A stretch of DNA of 64,000 nucleotides from positions 64,001 to 128,000 of IMG/VR virus record IMGVR_UViG_3300035520_001075. One strand, 5' to 3'. Within the stretch, counting starts at the first letter, position 1. Every line of letters begins with the position of its first letter. The notes below the pieces were generated by a model. That model was not told the DNA's origin, made no database searches, and worked only from the letters and a program-made list of their open reading frames with translations. This DNA comes from a virus (Duplodnaviria; Caudoviricetes). This document shows, one piece after another, positions 22,622 through 33,336 of this stretch. Position numbers and translations under genes: made by a program.

Positions 22622-23038
22622 TTAAATCTCTATTTGAAAGTCTTCATATCCTTTTACTTCTTTTGGACTTTTACTAATTAATTCCTTTAAATTAATTATT
22701 TCTGGTCTACTAAGTCCGCCTGCATTACACATCGGAATGGCTATTTCTTTGAAATAATCATCATCATCAATTTCATTATCCCATAGCATCAGGTGGCTGC
22801 GAAATCCTCTTGCATTCAAAGCTTCATATGAAAGAATTTGAAGCCTATTTTCTGAATATTTATAAATAAATTGTGAAACTTGTTCACAACGTTGAGTCAA
22901 AACATATTCTTTTTCAAGATAACTTTTAGTTTGTTTTACTCTTTGTAAATTTTTACAGACTATAGCTAAATTATAACCAATATTATGATGATATGATAGT
23001 AGTAAGTCTACTATCATATCAATTTTTTTATCTTTCAT
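22622..23038 (-). CDS. Hypothetical protein
   Basis: ORF directly downstream of nrdD. Confidence 0.55.
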   Translation of the reverse strand: MKDKKIDMIVDLLLSYHHNIGYNLAIVCKNLQRVKQTKSYLEKEYVLTQRCEQVSQFIYKYSENRLQILSYEALNARGFRSHLMLWDNEIDDDDYFKEIAIPMCNAGGLSRPEIINLKELISKSPKEVKGYEDFQIEI

Positions 23039-23040
23039 TT

Positions 23041-26000
23041 TTAATTTTCCTCAAAATTTAAATGTTTACATCTAAAATAAACGTCTTCTGACCTTCCTCT
23101 ATTCGGCGTGTAATTACTAATATCATTACTACCCTCAGTTTCCCGATATTTATTAGGGTTTAGACTATACCTTCATTATTATAATAATGTCGCTATTATA
23201 GTCGTTGAACGTCTCTCCTTTTCTTAAAAAGGAGATTTCGCTGCGTTTGGTTATCCAATCCTTAATGATTTTACTATACCAATCCCATTACTGATTGCCA
23301 TTATAATATTACTATTATAATTTAGTTATTAAGGCTCTAAGGACTTTCCCGCAGTTTAAGCGATTTAAAGTGACCTATTAGTTAAGCCACATATTCTATA
23401 GCTTGTTCTAACTTTTTCTGGGTCTTTTTCTCCACATTTTGGACATTGCCAGCGAATAGTTCCATCTTCCACCAAAATCTTCTTAAAATCATACCCTTCA
23501 AAGCCACAGGTCTTGCAGGAAGAAATTTCTGAGTTAATTTCTGAATATAAACAATTTTCTCCAATAAAATTAATTATTTGTAAAATTCCTTCGATATTAT
23601 TGCTCATATTAGGAACTTCCACATATGAGATTGAACCCGATGTGGTTTTATCGCTAAATTGTTCTTCATCTAAAAGTTTTGTAAAAGCATCTACTTTATC
23701 TCTTACGTGATGATGATAAGAATTAGTAAGAAAATGACTCTGAGTTCCATCGCCAATTTGACCAAAATTCTTAATACAAGCTTCTGCAAAATCATCTGTT
23801 GTTGATTCCATCATTTAATACCCTCGGTTTCCCGATATTTATTAAGGGGATTAGACTATATCTTCTTCCTTTAAAAAGGAAGCTCTACATTTCGATTTTT
23901 TGATATTATCTCATCTACATTTCGCCCTATTATTAAGCCTACTCGGTTCAGTTTTATAACTGCCTTTCCCTAGTCGTTAGACTTTTATTATTTTACTTAT
24001 TTACTTGATACTTTTAAAATTCTATTTTGTCATTTTATTTTTACTTCTTTTTTTTGTATTATTAATCATAAATAAGTAAAATAAATTTAGTACGGTATTA
24101 CCTCTATCCAAAGGACTTAGGCTCTCTTACCAGCTTATTATTAGTATTCAGCTATGACCGTTTAGTAGAGTTCGCATTAACAATTACTCATTAATGCCCC
24201 ATGTATATCTAGGAGTCCCATATAATCCTGCGGCAAGACCTGTTGTGGCTGTCAACTCGTCGTTCCTCTGATTCATATAATCAATAATTTTATGAGCTAA
24301 TTTATTACCTTTTTCACCGAATTGGTCTTCATCACAAATATAATAAACAGCTTCTCGCAGGCCCGCATAGCCCAAAGAAATTGAAAAATATTGATTATAC
24401 ACATATTTTTCAAGAGTCTCTTCTGGGTCAAGTCTTAGAATTCCGCCGTAAACAAAATGAAGAGGATTATCTTTTGCTTTTATTTTAGCTATATGATTAG
24501 CTCTCCATAACATATCTCTTTGAGCAATGTCAATATAATGAGATAAATTTTCAAATAATATTTTTTCGTCTTTATTAGGATTATTTTCCATTGCAATATA
24601 CGGAAGATTTAATGTCTGAACGCCGAGGTTTCCACGTCCAAAAACCACGTAATTACCATCTTCGTCTTGCCATGGATTTAACATACTTCTACACGTATTA
24701 TCCTTTATCGCTAAAGGTACTGACTATATTATCTATCACTTTTGATAGTCTTCTGCTTCGAGAAAAATCTCTACTCGGCTACATTCATCACCGATAGTCG
24801 ATACACCTATTAATTGGCACGGTCTCAACAATTAATGCCCTAACCGTTTTCAAAAGATTTTAAATGGGCTATAGTATTCGCTTACCCATTGGACAAGTTG
24901 GAACTTTTTTAAGCTCTCTATGTTTTTTAACACTTAAATAATCTGGAACTAATCTTTTAGCGCTACATTCTGCACAAAGCTTAGTAGTATTATAATATTT
25001 TCCGCCTTCCATAGTATTTTTATCAAGAAAATATAGAATTTTTGGAAAATTAGGATTTAAATAAGTTCCATCTTCTTGTCGCATTCCCTGTATTCTTTGT
25101 CTAATCATTTCTTCAAAAACAAGAATTAAATCTTCAGAATATTCTTCATCTTCACTAAGCCAACAACCAACACTTAAAAAGGCCGCCTGACCAGTTCCCG
25201 AACAAAGAGTATTTGTTTGATACAAGAATGTTTGAATTCCATCTTTAATTTCTTTCTTTAGTCTTTTTTCAGTAATTCTATTAATATCTTTTTCATTAGC
25301 AATTCCAACAGATTCTAACTCTTCAGCGACTTCTTTTTTAATTTTTTCTCTGCTAACACGAACAAATTTTGCTAAATGAAGTAAATTAATCGTTATACCT
25401 CCATATTGCGAGCTTGTTGCATGGGTCAGAGCCTGACTTGCTACTGTACAAGCTGTTTTAAAAGATTTTGGAGTTTCAATATAAATTCCATTAATATTAC
25501 AACCTTTAAACATCTCTTCTAAATTCCAATTGCAGCAGTTAAACATGGCTCGGGCACTATAAGAAAAATCATGGAATTTAACCACGCATCTATCATGAGC
25601 ATCTAAACAATCTTTTGGTAGTAATTTTCTCATCATTTCTTTACTTGGAATTTCCGCAAGATAGGCATTTTTAATATGAACTAAATGAGGATTTTTATTA
25701 CCATTTTCATGCTCAATTTCTGGATTAACATAAAGAACTTTCTCAATTTCTGTGGGGTTCTTTATTGCTCTCTCCTTATCCATCTTATAAGCACTATATT
25801 CTCTTGCTACATCTGGAACTTCACTATAGAGAACGCTCATAACAAAATTTTCAATTCTTTCAACTTCAATTTCATCCTTCTTATTATTTTTGGCTTCTTT
25901 CTGTACCAAAATGTTAACTACATTAACCAAATCATTAATTTTATTAAAGTCTGGATAACCAATCTGATTCCAAGCTTGAGTTATTGCGTGCTGAATTTTA

Positions 26001-26044
26001 GTATCATCATAATCAAATTTTCCAGTTTTCTTTATTACTATCAT
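23041..26044 (-). CDS. nrdD: Anaerobic (class III) ribonucleotide reductase, spliced: join(26044-24884, 24693-24211, 23811-23385, 23123-23041), about 717 aa
   Basis: ATP cone; junctions restore PMG|CRS, YGTP|MES and RICG-Y (glycyl radical motif); Zn CxxC pairs. Confidence 0.93.
23124..23384 (-). mobile_element. Group I intron 3 in nrdD (261 nt)
   Basis: GGCU|...G boundaries; GUUCAACGACUA and AAGGUAUAGUC. Confidence 0.88.
23812..24210 (-). mobile_element. Group I intron 2 in nrdD (399 nt)
   Basis: CCU|...G boundaries; CUAACGACUA and AAGAUAUAGUC; AT-rich internal insertion. Confidence 0.87.
24694..24883 (-). mobile_element. Group I intron 1 in nrdD (190 nt, minimal)
   Basis: GGU|...G boundaries; GUAUCGACUA and AAUAUAGUC. 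Confidence 0.87.
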
Positions 26045-26129
26045 TCTGAAAACCTCCTTTTCATTTACTTTACTATAATTATATCACAAATAATAGAAAA
26101 AGTCAAGAGATACTCTTGACTTAATCTTT

Positions 26130-26573
26130 TTAAAATTCTTCCCATTCTTCCATATTTTGTGTTATTGTTTTTACATAAGAATTTCCATTAAGACGGGTAT
26201 ATCTTTCATATAAAGAAAGCCAGTCCTATTTGGCTCGTGTTGGAATTCGTTTTTCATCCTTATAAGCGACATACAGAGTAGTAATCTCGTGTCTTAACAT
26301 TACCAAATCATTTTGATTCTGAGCATTTAGCTGTCCCTTAATGTCATCTAAAACAGCCTTAATATCACTCATATCCTTATTAATCTGATTAGTATTCTCG
26401 CCTTCTTTAATTCCTCTTTCCTCATACGCTTCTGCGGCGGCCTCTTTGGCTATTTTCTTAATCCAATCTCTTGGCTTTTTAAAAACCATCCCCCATAATG
26501 CCGCTAAAGTAATAATTGCTCCAGCCGCTCCGCCAATTGTTTTTAGTATTTCTAAAAAATCTAACCAACTCAT
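26130..26573 (-). CDS. Membrane-anchored phage protein (holin/lysis-accessory-like), 1 in-frame TAG, 147 aa
   Basis: N-terminal TM helix. TAG at 26228-26226 reads through to DWLSLYERYTRLNGNSYV..., ending at TAA 26130. Confidence 0.7.
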
Positions 26574-26574
26574 T

Positions 26575-26988
26575 TCAAAAACCTCCATGTGATATAATAT
26601 AATCATTATGATATATATCCCTCACACGATAAGAAGGTTCTGTTATTATTTTGCCCAAAGTTAATCCTTCTAAATCCCAATAAGGAATTCTTATCAATGG
26701 TATATTATGTAGTATGCAATATTTGTTTTTACGTCTATCCCATTCTCGTTGCTTTTTAAAACCGAAAATGTTCTTATGAAAATGTTTTGTAAATTTGTAG
26801 TGTTGAATCCCATCTACTTCAAGGAGAAATAATATTTTATTATTCTTATAAACAGCAAAGTCAAATCTTAATGGAACTTGCTTTTTACCTACTAAATCAG
26901 TAAATGATATTTCCCTTTTAAATGCTATTCCGTTCTTATTAAAAATATCAATAAGTTTTTGTTCACCTTTAGAAGTCTTAATACTCAT
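26575..26988 (-). CDS. DUF559/Vsr-like PD-(D/E)xK nuclease
   Basis: SKGE, LRFDF, EVDGIQHY, LIRIPYW. Confidence 0.65.
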   Translation of the reverse strand: MSIKTSKGEQKLIDIFNKNGIAFKREISFTDLVGKKQVPLRFDFAVYKNNKILFLLEVDGIQHYKFTKHFHKNIFGFKKQREWDRRKNKYCILHNIPLIRIPYWDLEGLTLGKIITEPSYRVRDIYHNDYIISHGGF

Positions 26989-27781
26989 CTCTATCTCCTC
27001 TTCTAATAGGCTTTTCTCTGAATTCTGTAGGAACTGGATAAGGCGGCAAAACGCAAGGAAAACCAGTAGGGATTTCTTTTGGTTGTTCCATTTCCTTAAC
27101 TTTATGCGGCTCAATATGATATGTTGCCACATGATGAAGGTGTGGATAATCTTCTGGTCTTTTCTTTTCTTTATTAAATTCGTAGAACTGACAATCTAAT
27201 TCAGCAGTGAAGTAGGTTGTGTTAATAAGGTCTAACTCTTTTCCGTCTTTTTCTTTTTTCTCCATATCTTCTCTCCAAACTAATAAGTTAATTTGGAAAT
27301 TCTCTACGGTTTCATCGGTTAAAGTATATTTTAAATGATAAAAGATTTCCTTGCCTTCACTAATATCATATTCATTTGTCTTATCGTTCCAAATAGCAGT
27401 TATTATTGCTAAATAATCTTCAAAATCACAGAGGAATTGTATAAAGTCTTTATTGTGATATTTAACTTCTTTTATTGAGCCAGATTCTTTCTTATCCTGT
27501 ATTGTGGCGGCCATATCAAAGGTAAAATAATCAGCATAGTTTTCTAAATCAAATCCTTCAAAGTTTGGCAGCGGTCTTGGAAAATACTTAGATTTGTACC
27601 ATTTAAGCTCTAAATCCTTATTTGGATTACCAAGCAAATTTTCAATTAATGAAGCCGCTTTTAAATAATCCTTACGAATTGAACAAATAGGAAACTTCTT
27701 ACAAGAATAACATTTTGGCTGAACTTTCGTAGGCTCTGGCGGCACATTATTAGCTGGCTTTAAATAACAATTATTTCTCAT
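26978..27781 (-). CDS. Hypothetical protein with Cys/Pro-rich termini
   Basis: ORF with RBS. Confidence 0.6.
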   Translation of the reverse strand: MRNNCYLKPANNVPPEPTKVQPKCYSCKKFPICSIRKDYLKAASLIENLLGNPNKDLELKWYKSKYFPRPLPNFEGFDLENYADYFTFDMAATIQDKKESGSIKEVKYHNKDFIQFLCDFEDYLAIITAIWNDKTNEYDISEGKEIFYHLKYTLTDETVENFQINLLVWREDMEKKEKDGKELDLINTTYFTAELDCQFYEFNKEKKRPEDYPHLHHVATYHIEPHKVKEMEQPKEIPTGFPCVLPPYPVPTEFREKPIRRGDRDEY

Positions 27782-27862
27782 TCTATCACCCCTTTACATA
27801 AAATAAAGAGAAAAATCTCTTCTCTATGTTAAGTAAAAGGGCTTCTTTTAAGTTCTAATATT

Positions 27863-28996
27863 TTAATTATTTTCAATTTGCGACCAATCACAGTCGGCGG
27901 CCGCTTTATCAGGACGTTCTTGGACTATTTTACCATGTCTTAAAGAATAGTGTCCTGATATATATTCAAGCTCCATGCAAGTAAGTTCATAGACCTTATT
28001 AAGGTATTTCTCAGGATTTTCAACAATTCCTTGCTTCATTTCATCTGTAATTCCAGAAATCCAGCCTATACGAATTGGTTTTCCATCTTTCATTACTGAG
28101 AACGAAATTGCACTTGCCCAGCCATAATAATAAGCTTTTGTAATTGGAGTTAAAGCTCTACCTTGGTAATAATCATAGTACATATTTTTATTAATCTTTT
28201 CTCCTGTTTTATCATTAATCCAGTAATTCCAATTCTCAATTTCTTTGCCATTATATTCTTTAGTAGGGCTCTTATATTCTCCATCAATAAAAGCGTCTAT
28301 TGTCTGTTCTATTTCCATTTTAACTTTAAGAGTTTTTCTACTTGTTCTCTTGCCTGGCTCAGCAATTCCGTTCTTTTTGTAAAGTACCATTCCTTCGTCG
28401 CCACGTTTTAAAATTTCACCTAATTCATTCCAAGCCTCTTCTCCTTCTAAATATTTAGCTATATCTATATATTCTTTTCCCTTACTGGCGGCCGCTATAA
28501 AAGTATCTAAATATTTTCTAATTCTATCTTCAAATTTAGTATTGAGTAGACTTTTTCCATTATAAGCCCAGACATCAAACACATAGTAGTGGAGTTTCTC
28601 ACCTTTTTCTTGTCTATCAAGAGCTTTATTAAGTAAACACCCAAGTATTGTTCCTACTTTACGACTTCCTCTTTGTTCAGGAAGATATAATTCTCCAAGT
28701 AAACAAGTTCCATTAGGTAGACTATCAAAGAATTCTTGGCACTGAGGTGTCCATTCTATTTTATTTAAATATCCTCCTTCTACACTTTCAGAGCGGCCTT
28801 GTAATCTCATGTTTCCATTATTATCTTTTATAAATCTTGCATAGTGGCCATCATTCTTTAGAGCTCCAAGGTACTGTTTAGAGAGGAACATTTGTTTTGT
28901 TTCTTCTTTTTTATTACCTTTATAGGATTTAGCAAATGACCAATAACGTTCTGCAGGAAGTTCTTCAAAATCTACATTATCAATTATCATACTCAT
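27863..28996 (-). CDS. ATP-dependent DNA ligase
   Basis: KNDG (motif I), LGELY, YYVFDV, EGMVL, LKVK, SLRH...RPDK. Confidence 0.85.
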   Translation of the reverse strand: MSMIIDNVDFEELPAERYWSFAKSYKGNKKEETKQMFLSKQYLGALKNDGHYARFIKDNNGNMRLQGRSESVEGGYLNKIEWTPQCQEFFDSLPNGTCLLGELYLPEQRGSRKVGTILGCLLNKALDRQEKGEKLHYYVFDVWAYNGKSLLNTKFEDRIRKYLDTFIAAASKGKEYIDIAKYLEGEEAWNELGEILKRGDEGMVLYKKNGIAEPGKRTSRKTLKVKMEIEQTIDAFIDGEYKSPTKEYNGKEIENWNYWINDKTGEKINKNMYYDYYQGRALTPITKAYYYGWASAISFSVMKDGKPIRIGWISGITDEMKQGIVENPEKYLNKVYELTCMELEYISGHYSLRHGKIVQERPDKAAADCDWSQIENN

Positions 28997-29112
28997 ATTT
29001 TATCTTATCTCCTTATTATTATTATTATTATTAATTATATTATATATTATATACTAATGATAATATATAATAACCAATATCAACCAACCTATTTCTTTTC
29101 TCCAAAACTTAT

Positions 29113-29184
29113 GTGAACGGCTACGAGCGGAGCGAGTAGCGTTCACCGCCACTCGATGCACAACTTGTTGTGCATCCTGTGGCG
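29113..29184. repeat. Two adjacent GC-rich hairpins (candidate origin or primosome signal)
   Basis: GTGAAC-GCTAC...GTAGC-GTTCAC and CGCCAC-GATGCACAAC-TT-GTTGTGCATC-GTGGCG, next to a very AT-rich tract. Confidence 0.6.
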
Positions 29185-29289
29185 TTTTGTGTAGGCATAT
29201 CAATGTAGGCACATCAGTATTGAAAAGACGGCATTAAATGTTGTATGCCCTATAGGCTACTGATTTTTTGATATTTCACCCATCACAAG

Positions 29290-29905
29290 AAATAAAAAAA
29301 AGAATTATTGAAATTCTTTATTTCACTTTCAACTATCGTTAATTTAGTTTCTTACGAAATCTCTGATACTTAACAGTTCAATTAACAGTTGCCCTTATAG
29401 CGTTCTCCTTTAAGGGAAAGTATTTTCTAAAACTATCGCCCCAACCTCAACTTTTATTATAATACGTTTATAATAGGTTTTAACTACCTTTTTGACGATT
29501 AAGATTACGTTGAGATTCATAACCGCTTACGAGTTATTAGGCATACTAAATATTTAATCTTAATAGAAAATAAATGTACCCTCAAATACAGAGTAAGAAT
29601 TGTTCTCAAATTCTTAAACGAGTAGATTTACGCTGCAAGGCTTACCAAACCATAAAGACGTAGAAAAACAGAGCCTATCATCTCGACAGTCCCTGTTTCC
29701 CTTTTTGATATCGCAGTGTCTTTTACAGTGTCATCACTGCGTTAAGGTATAATCTAACTTTAATCTCCACAGAGAGTTGAACATTGACCTTAAATTTGAA
29801 TGTACAGTGGTATAATCCTTTTGTTATATCAGTTCCATTCTATTCAATTGTTAGCCGTAATTTACGGAGATAATCAGGTTTTAATAACCAGAAATGAGTT
29901 TTTCT
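29290..29905 (-). ncRNA. Candidate large (about 600 nt) structured non-coding RNA
   Basis: No long ORF; own TTGACT/TATAAT promoter (about 29920-29948); terminator-like hairpin plus U-tract near 29295-29320; several internal stems. Confidence 0.55.
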
Positions 29906-29953
29906 CATTTATTATAATAATTATAACACATTTTTATTTAAAAGTCAAGTAGT

Positions 29954-30508
29954 TTAGTATAATGACTTGGCGGCCGCAGCAGTTTTAATTACAGAATAGA
30001 TTTCTTCCCAATCATTACATCTATGAATAGAGGGGTCAATAACATTCTTATTCCACGGATAAGCAAGACAAATTTTTAATGGTTGAGTTGTACTAAAATT
30101 GGATAAGCAATCATCTATTAAAGCATCACCAATGACCATACTTTTATCATAACAAACAATCAGATGCTTTCTTATATCCATATAAGGGAAAATTCTTTGG
30201 AGATAAGATTCTTTTTTAGGAGCATTCTTCATTTCTGTTTTAGTACAAAAATAAATTTCGTGTCCATCATTAAATAATTTTGCCATATATTTCTGAACAT
30301 TTGGTACTAATTTCATTCTATTCCATGTTCTTTTATCAAGAAAATAATGATAGAATGTTTCCTTATACTGCGGCTTGACAAAATTTTCGATATTATACTT
30401 AGTAATTTTATCTACAGTAAGATTATCTTCACTATCTTCATTATAAACATCTAATACTGCTGTAGTTAAGTCTCCTACTACATTATCAACATCACATAAA
30501 ATTCTCAT
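29954..30508 (-). CDS. 5'(3')-deoxyribonucleotidase (HAD family)
   Basis: CDVDNVV, LIDD, YPWN. Confidence 0.82.
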   Translation of the reverse strand: MRILCDVDNVVGDLTTAVLDVYNEDSEDNLTVDKITKYNIENFVKPQYKETFYHYFLDKRTWNRMKLVPNVQKYMAKLFNDGHEIYFCTKTEMKNAPKKESYLQRIFPYMDIRKHLIVCYDKSMVIGDALIDDCLSNFSTTQPLKICLAYPWNKNVIDPSIHRCNDWEEIYSVIKTAAAAKSLY

Positions 30509-31057
30509 TTAGTCCTCCCATCTTAGCCTAATAATACTACAATTTCTCATTTTTCCATCTACATATCTTTTTGATTCTACTACATCAAAGCCTTTAGAGA
30601 TAATTTCTTTTTTGACAGTATTCCATTTTAAGATATTGCCTCTTTTATCTTTGATTTTAAAGAATTGACTTAATTGGTCTTTATCTTCTTTAAATAATGG
30701 CTTTTCAAGTAAAGAAGTTATCATTCTAATAATTTCTTTTTTGGAAGGCGGCAAAGCCTTTTTTGAGTCAAAAATATTCTGGGCGGCCGCTATCTTATTA
30801 TAGCCATTATTAATAGTATCGTACTTTTCAATATAATATTTTTCTTTATCACTTAGCTCTTCTTCTTCACATAATTCTATAATAGAAAAAGTAAAGTTAT
30901 TAGAATTGTGATAAAGATTAAAATGGAATTCGTCATCAATAGAAGTAGAATATTTACCTTGTTCTAAATGCTCATTCCATCTACGAAAAATATCAATTGA
31001 TTTTCCAATATACTTCTTTTGAGTAGTTTTATTTTCTATACAATAAATACCAATCAT
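30509..31057 (-). CDS. GIY-YIG endonuclease (free-standing)
   Basis: GIYCIEN...YIGKS...RWNEH...GYN. Confidence 0.82.
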   Translation of the reverse strand: MIGIYCIENKTTQKKYIGKSIDIFRRWNEHLEQGKYSTSIDDEFHFNLYHNSNNFTFSIIELCEEEELSDKEKYYIEKYDTINNGYNKIAAAQNIFDSKKALPPSKKEIIRMITSLLEKPLFKEDKDQLSQFFKIKDKRGNILKWNTVKKEIISKGFDVVESKRYVDGKMRNCSIIRLRWED

Positions 31058-31124
31058 TTTTATTGTCCTTTCTTAACTTACTATAATAATTATAACATTA
31101 ATTATAAAAAAAGTCAAAACTTTT

Positions 31125-31637
31125 TCAGTTTTGACCTTTAATAAACAATTCATAAAATGTTGTAGCTTCTTCTTTTAATTCTTCAATGCCTTGTGTATTA
31201 TCAATTTCAATATCATAGCCGCCTTCTCTAACATTATCATCAGCTCTATTACCATAGGATTGTTCTTCTACATCTCTTTTAATAGTAAGAGTTAAAGCAT
31301 TATAGTCTTTAGATAGTCTTTCAATGTCTTTATCTTCTCTACAATCTACAAAAACCGCTTTAGAGCCTAATTTTCTATGTTGTTCTATTTTAGATATCAA
31401 TTCTCTATAAGGGTAATCATTCCATTCTTCTAAAACATCTTTTAGGTCTGCAAGCATTTTTCTATCATTAGCATCTTTTTTCCCATTCCAACCAGCAAAT
31501 AGTGCTACATCTTTAATACTATCAACAATAGAAAGAACTCCCACATCATCTCCATTATTGGCGGCTGCCTCTCTGACAAAGGACTCAAAAAGAGTTTTTC
31601 CTGTTGTTGGTTTTGAATTTACTATAAATACTTTCAT
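31125..31637 (-). CDS. Putative dNMP kinase (P-loop)
   Basis: SKPTTGKT, GWNGKKD..DRKML, VDCRE. Confidence 0.65.
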   Translation of the reverse strand: MKVFIVNSKPTTGKTLFESFVREAAANNGDDVGVLSIVDSIKDVALFAGWNGKKDANDRKMLADLKDVLEEWNDYPYRELISKIEQHRKLGSKAVFVDCREDKDIERLSKDYNALTLTIKRDVEEQSYGNRADDNVREGGYDIEIDNTQGIEELKEEATTFYELFIKGQN

Positions 31638-32623
31638 TCAAAAATTTCCTCCTCTAATTCTACAAATTTTCCATCTATATATTTATAAGGACGTTTAATG
31701 ACTTTATCATCTTTCCAATGAACTTCTATAATTTCATTTCCCCATCTTTCGGCTAAATATTTAGGTATGCTTAAATCATTATAATTGTAATATTCCAATT
31801 TTGGTATATTTGTTTTATTCTTCAAATATAAAGGAAAATAGCTCTTACTGATGATTTCTGGCTCTTCTAAACTGTCATACCACATATAGAATATCATATC
31901 ATTTAAGTCTTGCACTTTTTGAGCAATTTTTTTATCAATCTCAAAATTATTTTCCCAAAAAACAACGTAAATTTTTTTCTCTGTATGCCAAGTATAGCCG
32001 AAACTTTTTATTTCTTCTGAGAGTTCCATTTTATTACAGAAATTAATAATCTTATTCTTAATTTCCAAAATATCTCCATTATTATATCTCTTAGTAATAT
32101 CCTTACTATATTTAATATAACCAATATGATAAAATAATTGGGCCATACTAATTTCATCAGGGGTAAAATTCTTCATTGGATATAGCATATCACATGGGAA
32201 TTTATTAAAAACTTTATTACTTGCAAACACTTTATAGATAGGATTAAAACAAGATATATAAACAATTTTATAACCACAATTTTTTATATATTTCTTTATT
32301 TTAGATAAAGGAATAAATTTTTCTCCTTTTTCTAAATATTTTTTAGTCTTACTCTTTTTTCCATATAAAAATAAATTCATTTTACTTAAAGAAGCAAGAT
32401 TTTTTAAAATCCTATAAGTAATTACACTTAATAAATCATCTTGATATTCCAAAATAAAGATTTTATTTTCAATATCTTTATTATATTTTTCAAGAAAATT
32501 ATTAATAAAACTTGCTATAATTTGATTTGTTTGAGCTTCTAAATTCATACTATCAATTTGATAATCTAAATTTAAGCAATAATGTCTTAATTTCCATTCA
32601 GTAATTTTTTTTATATTATCCAT
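31634..32623 (-). CDS. Hypothetical protein
   Basis: Long ORF with GAGG RBS downstream of a promoter. Confidence 0.6.
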   Translation of the reverse strand: MDNIKKITEWKLRHYCLNLDYQIDSMNLEAQTNQIIASFINNFLEKYNKDIENKIFILEYQDDLLSVITYRILKNLASLSKMNLFLYGKKSKTKKYLEKGEKFIPLSKIKKYIKNCGYKIVYISCFNPIYKVFASNKVFNKFPCDMLYPMKNFTPDEISMAQLFYHIGYIKYSKDITKRYNNGDILEIKNKIINFCNKMELSEEIKSFGYTWHTEKKIYVVFWENNFEIDKKIAQKVQDLNDMIFYMWYDSLEEPEIISKSYFPLYLKNKTNIPKLEYYNYNDLSIPKYLAERWGNEIIEVHWKDDKVIKRPYKYIDGKFVELEEEIFE

Positions 32624-32654
32624 AGTCTTTAGACCTCCTCATCATTTCTTATTA

Positions 32655-32740
32655 TAAGTATAACATGAATTTTTAAGAAAGTCAAGTATTTCGATTATAA
32701 TATTAATCTACTTGACTTTTTTAGAATATTGTGTTATAAT
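32655..32740. promoter_or_regulatory. Divergent SigA/sigma70-type promoter pair at the strand switch
   Basis: Plus strand: TTGACT-N17-TATAAT with extended TG (32712-32740). Minus strand: TTGACT at about 32680-32685 with a TATACT -10. Confidence 0.75.
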
Positions 32741-32764
32741 AATATTATAGGAGATGATGAGAAA

Positions 32765-33028
32765 ATGGAATGGAAAACAATTAAATGTACAATTACAACT
32801 GATATATTTAATCGTATAGCTACCAATTTCAATTATAAAATAAATGAATTAAAAAGTACAATTTTTATAGTAAGTGATGATAGATTAGCTAATGCTAAAA
32901 GTTTATTAGGTCTATTATCTTTACAGTTAAGAACAGGAGATATTATTGAAATAAGATTTGATGATAGTGAGGAAACAAGTAAAATAAAAGAAATAATTTC
33001 TGAAATAGCAGAAATAAAGGAGGGATAA
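32765..33028 (+). CDS. HPr-like protein
   Basis: ANAKSLLGLLSL (Ser46 motif); no His15 motif. Confidence 0.7.
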   Translation: MEWKTIKCTITTDIFNRIATNFNYKINELKSTIFIVSDDRLANAKSLLGLLSLQLRTGDIIEIRFDDSEETSKIKEIISEIAEIKEG

Positions 33029-33033
33029 AATAA

Positions 33034-33318
33034 ATGAACTATAGAATGTATAGTGGCGGCGCACCGTCAGGTAAAAACGTTGTTGAATTAATCAAGGAAG
33101 ATTTAAAGAAAATTGGTTATAATCAAGAACCATTCTATCTTGATTTTATAGGTTTTGAAGGTTCAACAGGTACAGAATTTACAATTAATAAAGATAATAC
33201 TTTAAAAATTCCTAAGTGTGGATATTTTATTACTCCATACACTACAGAAAGACATGAGAGAATTAATTCTTTAATTTTTACAAGTGCTTTTACTGGTAAT
33301 ATTTACTATATAATCTAA
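33034..33318 (+). CDS. Hypothetical protein
   Basis: ORF with GGAGG RBS. Confidence 0.6.
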   Translation: MNYRMYSGGAPSGKNVVELIKEDLKKIGYNQEPFYLDFIGFEGSTGTEFTINKDNTLKIPKCGYFITPYTTERHERINSLIFTSAFTGNIYYII

Positions 33319-33336
33319 TAAACAAGAGGTGATAAT

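Noticed and set aside
27790-27860. Possible late-promoter motif (TTTTACTTA-like) upstream of genes lacking SigA promoters
   Set aside because: Too few and too degenerate instances to distinguish from AT-rich background by eye.
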